From contig OZ219858.1 in the NCBI GenBank assembly GCA_964291395.2, forward strand, positions 576,001 through 640,000: a DNA stretch of 64,000 nt. Direction: 5' to 3'. Below the pieces are notes generated by a model. It was given only the letters and a program-made list of their open reading frames with translations, was not told the origin of the DNA and ran no database searches. The position numbers and the translations under genes were made by a program. Each line of letters begins with the position of its first letter. Positions within the stretch are counted from its first letter, which is position 1. The DNA comes from Alphaproteobacteria bacterium (GTDB taxonomy: Bacteria; Pseudomonadota; Alphaproteobacteria; UBA2966). Of the stretch, positions 58,833 to 64,000 are shown piece by piece.

Positions 58833-59014
58833 GGGGTAGTGTCGGAAACGCGGTCTCACTGAAGCCCGGGTGGTAGGGGCCACCACGCGGCCTGCCGGTT
58901 GGAGTGACAAGGAACGCCGGAGCGGTTCCACTTGAACTGGAACCGTTTTAGCCTGTCCTGAAAGTCTTCGCCGATTTGTTAAGGTTGAACCATGGGGAAC
59001 CGGGCACCCCCCGG

Positions 59015-59566
59015 TCACGCACTGGCGGCGGCATCCCCCTCCGACCCTGTCGGCTCGGCCTCGCTGGTGTCCTCCACCACGGCCGGTTGATTGTCGCGCC
59101 GCTTGTCATCTCCGTTTTCGGGCTCGCTTGCCGCTACCGACACGTCAGATCCCGGTCGATCTTTTTCCTCCGCATTGGGTGCAGGCTCCGCCCGTGTGTC
59201 CATGTGGTACACGGGTGCCTGCTCGCCAGACAACGCGATCTCCGCAGGCGAGACCATGGTGCTGCGACGGCCGTTGTAACGGCTTTGTCCTTGCCCCTGC
59301 CCTTGGCTCTGTCCCTGTTGCCCGTCATCGCCGTGTACGACGCGATAATAATGCTCAGCGTGCTGCAAATAACCTTCGGCCTTGATCCGGTCGCCGGACG
59401 ATGACGCGTCTCGCGCCAAGGCGAGATAGCGATCGCATACCTGCGTCGCAGTTCCCCTGACTTTAACGTCAGGTCCATTGCTGTCGTAGGTTCGATTGGG
59501 CCCGTAATTTGATCGCCGGCCACCCGAGCGGCCACGGCCTCTCTTGGGGTTTGAATTGTGCTTCAT
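59015..59566 (-). CDS. DUF4167 domain protein
   Basis: YDSNGPDVKVRG, YLALARDA, YLQHAEHYYR; usual position between prmC and clpB. Confidence 0.92.
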   Translation of the reverse strand: MKHNSNPKRGRGRSGGRRSNYGPNRTYDSNGPDVKVRGTATQVCDRYLALARDASSSGDRIKAEGYLQHAEHYYRVVHGDDGQQGQSQGQGQGQSRYNGRRSTMVSPAEIALSGEQAPVYHMDTRAEPAPNAEEKDRPGSDVSVAASEPENGDDKRRDNQPAVVEDTSEAEPTGSEGDAAASA

Positions 59567-59777
59567 CACCTCGTGCCACCAGTATTTGTGCCACTGCCCG
59601 TAGACAAACCACGCATTGTGCGGGGTCGTCCCGCGATACCTACTCAAAGCGGCTGTCTGGCAGGTCCCCTGCACCCCCGAACAACGCTCGACCATACATA
59701 TCCGAACTGTTCGGCATTGCTGGAGTGGAGTTGGCGGCCCGTCATCATTGTTGTTGTCCCGCCAAATCCTAACGATG

Positions 59778-59806
59778 ACCCTAGCGGCCCCGAGCCGCCA
59801 TTCCAA
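59778..59806 (-). promoter_or_regulatory. Putative sigma70 promoter of the DUF4167 gene inside the prmC 3' end
   Basis: TTGGAA-N17-TAGGGT preceded by an A-tract. Confidence 0.45.
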
Positions 59807-60731
59807 GCCCTTTTTTGTCTTGACATTCCGGCGCTCGCATTCGTGCGAGAAGGCATCGTTCCACCCCTGCGAGGTCGCAACGGGACTCGATCGTGGCAAA
59901 TCCCGCACCACGCAGGAGCGACCTGACGTTCCGTTCCTGGCCCCGGCCGATTTCGAGTGCCGCCAGTCCCGTCGAACAAAGCAGTCGAGGCAAACCTGGC
60001 ACAATCTCCCGGTAGGCTTCGAGGCCATCGTGTCCGCCGAAGAGGGCGCGGTGCGGATCGTAGTCGACAACCTCGGGTGCCAAGTCAACCATGTCGCGGA
60101 CCGCCACATATGGCGGGTTCACCACGACGATGTCGAATCCTCCGCGCAAAGCGCCCCCCCAGTTTGCGCAAACAAGTCGAGCGCGCTGATAAAGACCGTT
60201 CCGGATGAGGTTTCGGCATGCCACGCGGAGCGTGACCGGCTCGATGTCGACCCCGATGCCGGTTGCGGCCGGCAATTCGCTGAGCAGTGCCGTGATTAGA
60301 CATCCGCTGCCCGTCCCAAGATCGAGCAACCGGATTGGCGCCTCGCGGTCTCGCACCGCTGAAAGGACGGCCTCGACAAGGGTTTCACTGTCGAGACGGG
60401 GATCGAAGACCGAGTCTGCCAGTTCGAAGGTCAAGCTCCAGAACTCCCGCTCGCCGACGATCCGCGAGACGGGTTCACGATTGAGGCGCCGAGATATGAG
60501 CTGCTGGAAACGGCAAACGGCATCATGTGTGACAACGTCTTTCCCACGACCGGCGAAACTTGCAGGGTCGCGATTCATGGCATGACCCAACAGACATCGC
60601 GCATCCAGTCGCGGCGTATCTATACCGGCTTCCGCCAGCCGTGCCGCCGCGTCCCGAAGAACGTCGACGGCCCTGGTCGTCAGTTCTGGGACCGGGCCGG
60701 AGTCGTCCAAGAACCCAACTGTCGCATCCAT
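59781..60731 (-). CDS. prmC: Release factor glutamine methyltransferase
   Basis: EPVSRIVG, LDLGTGSG, NPPY. Confidence 0.95.
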   Translation of the reverse strand: MDATVGFLDDSGPVPELTTRAVDVLRDAAARLAEAGIDTPRLDARCLLGHAMNRDPASFAGRGKDVVTHDAVCRFQQLISRRLNREPVSRIVGEREFWSLTFELADSVFDPRLDSETLVEAVLSAVRDREAPIRLLDLGTGSGCLITALLSELPAATGIGVDIEPVTLRVACRNLIRNGLYQRARLVCANWGGALRGGFDIVVVNPPYVAVRDMVDLAPEVVDYDPHRALFGGHDGLEAYREIVPGLPRLLCSTGLAALEIGRGQERNVRSLLRGAGFATIESRCDLAGVERCLLARMRAPECQDKKGLGMAARGR

Positions 60732-60744
60732 GTCATCACCCGCG

Positions 60745-61833
60745 TTACGCGTCGGCTTCCATCTCGGTCAGCCGACTCGCCTGATCCTCCCCGATAAGCC
60801 TTTCGATCACCTCGTCCAATGCTTCTCCGGCCAGCACGCGATCAAGCTTGTGAAGGGTGAGGTTGATACGGTGATCGGTGACGCGTCCCTGAGGAAAGTT
60901 ATAGGTGCGCACGCGCTCCGACCGGTCGCCTGAGCCAACTTGGCCGCGCCGCTGTTCCGCCCGTTCGGCGTGCGCCCGCTCGCGTTCAAGCTCATACAGC
61001 CTGGAGCGCAGAATCTTTAGTGCCTTCGCCCGGTTCTTGTGCTGGGACTTCTCGTCCTGTTGGGTCACCACGATCCCCGTCGGAAGATGCGTGATGCGGA
61101 CCGCCGAATCGGTTGTGTTCACGGACTGACCCCCCGGCCCGCTGGCACGGTAGACATCGACGCGGAGGTCCTTGTCGTCGAGTTCAACGTCGATGTCCTC
61201 GGCCTCCGGCAGGACAGCCACGGTCGCTGCAGAGGTGTGTATGCGACCGCTACTCTCTGTTTCCGGCACGCGTTGAACCCGGTGCACACCGGATTCAAAC
61301 TTGAGACGGGCGAACACGCCCGACCCCGAGATCAACGCCTGGGCTTCCTTGATCCCGTTGAGATCGGTCTCGGACAGTTGGAGGGGTTCGACCTTCCATC
61401 CTCTTATCTCGGCATAGCGCTGATACATGCGGTAGAGATCGGCAGCGAACAAGGCCGCTTCGTCGCCACCAGTGCCGGCGCGAATCTCCAGGATTGCGTT
61501 CTTCTGATCGGCTGCATCCCGAGGCAGGAGGAGAACCTGCATTTTCCGTTCGAGTTGGGGCAGCCACCGCCGATGTCCGGCGAGTTCCTCCTCGGCCAGC
61601 GCCCGCATCTCGCCATCGGTATCCGGATCCCCCAGCAGTTCCTCCAGATCCGCCACTTCACCCCGCATTTTTTGGAGCTCAACGGCACTTTCGACGACCG
61701 GGGTCAGCTCGGCATATTCCTTGGACAGGCGGACGAACTCATCGCCGCCGCCCGGGACCGTCGCCAATTCGCCCTCCAGTGCGGCGTGACGGTCGATAAT
61801 CCTCTGCAGCTTCTCTTCCGGGATCTTGGCCAC
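60745..61833 (-). CDS. prfA: Peptide chain release factor 1
   Basis: GGQ motif, PET tripeptide, [10 protein letters not shown]. Confidence 0.97.
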   Translation of the reverse strand: MAKIPEEKLQRIIDRHAALEGELATVPGGGDEFVRLSKEYAELTPVVESAVELQKMRGEVADLEELLGDPDTDGEMRALAEEELAGHRRWLPQLERKMQVLLLPRDAADQKNAILEIRAGTGGDEAALFAADLYRMYQRYAEIRGWKVEPLQLSETDLNGIKEAQALISGSGVFARLKFESGVHRVQRVPETESSGRIHTSAATVAVLPEAEDIDVELDDKDLRVDVYRASGPGGQSVNTTDSAVRITHLPTGIVVTQQDEKSQHKNRAKALKILRSRLYELERERAHAERAEQRRGQVGSGDRSERVRTYNFPQGRVTDHRINLTLHKLDRVLAGEALDEVIERLIGEDQASRLTEMEADA

Positions 61834-61890
61834 GGACTTCCTGCCTCCACAGGGTCGTCCGGCGTAATGTGGGCGCCGGCGCGGACTTCT

Positions 61891-63135
61891 CTATTCCAAT
61901 GATTTCAACGCCGTTTCCAGCGCATTGCGCGCGAGCTCTTGCTGCTTCCCGGAGTCGAGATCCCGCAACGTGACGACATCGCGTTCAAGCTCGTTCTCGC
62001 CCAGAAACAAGGCAACGCGTGCCCCGATCCGGTCGGCCCGCTTCATCCGGCGCGTCACATTTCCGCGGTAGCCGAGATCGACGACGAATCCCGAATGGCG
62101 CAGATCGCGGGCCAATTGCATGGCGGCATCCTGAACATCGTCGCCGACGGGCACCAGCGCGATGGGTCGGGGAGCATCGGGTACGCCGACCGCAAGCATG
62201 GCCAGCCGCTCGATACCACCTGCCCACCCGATGGCTGGCGTGGGCGGTCCACCCATCGTTTCTATCAATCCGTCGTAGCGACCACCTGCGATGACCGCAC
62301 CCTGCGCGCCCAACTCCCTGGTGACGAATTCGAATGCAGTGTGACTGTAGTAGTCGAGACCGCGCACCAGATGAGGATTTTTGCGGTAGCGAACCCCAAG
62401 CACATCCAAACCAGAAAGAACGGCATCAAAGAGGGCGGAAGACTCTTCGTTCAGAAAATCCTCCATACGAGGAGCCTTCGCTACGAGTACCCGGTCCCCT
62501 TCGTCCTTCGAGTCCAGAATTCGCATTGGATTACGCTTGAGCCTCTCCTGGCTTTCCGCCGACAGGCCATCCCGATGCACGCTGAAATAGGTCACGAGGG
62601 CGTCGCGATAGGCGAGCCGGCTTTCCGCATCGCCCAAGGAATTTATTTCGAGTTCCGTACTCCCCAGTACACCCAGAGCTTCGAGGATATCCGCGCCGAG
62701 AGAGATGACTTCGATATCCGCCTGGGGTTCCGCAGCGCCGATGATCTCCACGTCGATCTGGTGGAACTGGCGCAGCCTGCCTCTCTGCGGACGCTCGTAG
62801 CGGAACATGGGACCGTGCGCGAAGAACCGAAGGGGCAGTTGACGACCCAAGCCGCCCGAGACCACTGCGCGGGCAATGCCGGCCGTATACTCGGGACGCA
62901 ACGTGATTTCGTCTCCGCCCCGGTCCTCAAAGGTATACATCTCCTTGGTGACAACGTCTGATGTCTCGCCCAGGGTGCGTTGAAATACCTCGGTGAACTC
63001 GAAGATGGGCGTGGAGATTTCAGCGAACCCGTACTGTTCCGCTAACTTCCGCGACGTCTCCACTATATGTCGCTGTTTTCGGCCATCTTCGGGCAGTATG
63101 TCGTGCGTGCCGCGGACCGGCTGCAAACGCCTCAC
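61891..63135 (-). CDS. hisS: Histidine--tRNA ligase
   Basis: RGTHD, LRPEYTA, FRYERPQRGR, LVRGLDYY, GGRYDG. Confidence 0.97.
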   Translation of the reverse strand: MRRLQPVRGTHDILPEDGRKQRHIVETSRKLAEQYGFAEISTPIFEFTEVFQRTLGETSDVVTKEMYTFEDRGGDEITLRPEYTAGIARAVVSGGLGRQLPLRFFAHGPMFRYERPQRGRLRQFHQIDVEIIGAAEPQADIEVISLGADILEALGVLGSTELEINSLGDAESRLAYRDALVTYFSVHRDGLSAESQERLKRNPMRILDSKDEGDRVLVAKAPRMEDFLNEESSALFDAVLSGLDVLGVRYRKNPHLVRGLDYYSHTAFEFVTRELGAQGAVIAGGRYDGLIETMGGPPTPAIGWAGGIERLAMLAVGVPDAPRPIALVPVGDDVQDAAMQLARDLRHSGFVVDLGYRGNVTRRMKRADRIGARVALFLGENELERDVVTLRDLDSGKQQELARNALETALKSLE

Positions 63136-63151
63136 GGAAACCTCTCGAAAG

Positions 63152-64000
63152 CTAGGAGGCTTCGGCCAACGCGTCGGTCCGCAACTTCGACTCGGTCGCG
63201 GCGCGTTCCGCCTCGAATTCCGCAGCACGTTGCTCGACCACTTCGACGATGTGATCGACAAGCCCTTCCTCGTCGATCTTGTGATCCGCCACGCCGGAAA
63301 GGTAGACCATGTGGGTCCCACGGCCACCGCCGGTGACACCGATATCCGTCTCGCGCGCCTCTCCCGGTCCGTTGACGACGCAGCCAATCACGGAAAGGGA
63401 CATGGGGGTCAAAATGTGAGCCAACCGCTCCTCAAGGACGCGAACGGTCTCGATGACCGGAAAGGCCTGACGCGCACAGGAAGGACAGGAAATCACGGTG
63501 ACGCCCCGGTGACGCAGACCAAGCACCTTCAGGATCTCATAGCCAGCGCGGATTTCTTCGACGGGATCCGCAGATAGGGAAACACGAATCGTGTCTCCAA
63601 TTCCTGCCCACAACAAGGTCCCCAATCCGATCGAGGACTTCACCGTACCCGTCGTGAGGCCGCCGGCTTCGGTAATACCCAGGTGGAGGGGATGGTCGCA
63701 GGCGTCCGCTAGTTGCTGGTAGGCCGCTGCCGCGAGAAACACATCGGAAGCCTTGACGCTGATCTTGAACTCAAAGAAGTCGTTGTCCTCAAGCAGGCGC
63801 GCATGATTGAGCGCGCTCTCGACCATCGCCTCGGGGCATGGCTCACCATACTTCTCAAGCAGTTCCCGTTCGAGCGATCCTGCATTGACGCCGATTCTCA
63901 TGGAACAGCCGTGGTCACGCGCAGCCCTTACGACCTCGCGCACGCGAGCGTCATCTCCAATATTACCCGGGTTGATGCGAAGGCAGCTCGCGCCGGATTC
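63152..64000 (-). CDS. ispG: (E)-4-hydroxy-3-methylbut-2-enyl-diphosphate synthase, 5'-partial
   Basis: [41 protein letters not shown]. Confidence 0.97.
   Translation of the reverse strand, partial: ESGASCLRINPGNIGDDARVREVVRAARDHGCSMRIGVNAGSLERELLEKYGEPCPEAMVESALNHARLLEDNDFFEFKISVKASDVFLAAAAYQQLADACDHPLHLGITEAGGLTTGTVKSSIGLGTLLWAGIGDTIRVSLSADPVEEIRAGYEILKVLGLRHRGVTVISCPSCARQAFPVIETVRVLEERLAHILTPMSLSVIGCVVNGPGEARETDIGVTGGGRGTHMVYLSGVADHKIDEEGLVDHIVEVVEQRAAEFEAERAATESKLRTDALAEAS

Noticed and set aside
59280-59325. QGQSQGQGQGQ repeat in the DUF4167 protein
   Set aside because: Ordinary low-complexity linker in a disordered tail

Overview
High-GC alphaproteobacterial chromosomal segment (gene content suggests a Rhodospirillales-like lineage; inference). 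The conserved backbone is TRAP/amidase genes, tRNA-Gly, ProXp editing protein, cnoX-Lon_N-Trm112-DUF971, ubiH-family, glnK-amtB, aminotransferase-ftsK-lolA, cenR, ribA, AmmeMemoRadiSam genes, M23 peptidase, clpB, prmC-prfA-hisS-ispG. Three backbone junctions (12.7-14.5, 17.8-19.7, 24.1-27.9 kb) hold toxin-antitoxin modules and short scraps of TA, defence and IS genes. The best candidate for an uncharacterised system is the ~20 kb block at 29.4-49.2 kb. It combines a membrane adenylate cyclase, a stand-alone cNMP-binding protein and an MBL-fold phosphodiesterase-like enzyme with a degenerate ABC exporter, four glycosyltransferases, a histidine phosphatase, a deacetylase, a methyltransferase and a family-5 ABC importer. 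Other oddities: a PII protein with substituted effector-binding residues, a templated out-of-frame 42-bp insertion in cnoX, and recurrent microhomology-type deletions. All family calls come from motif recognition, not database searches.
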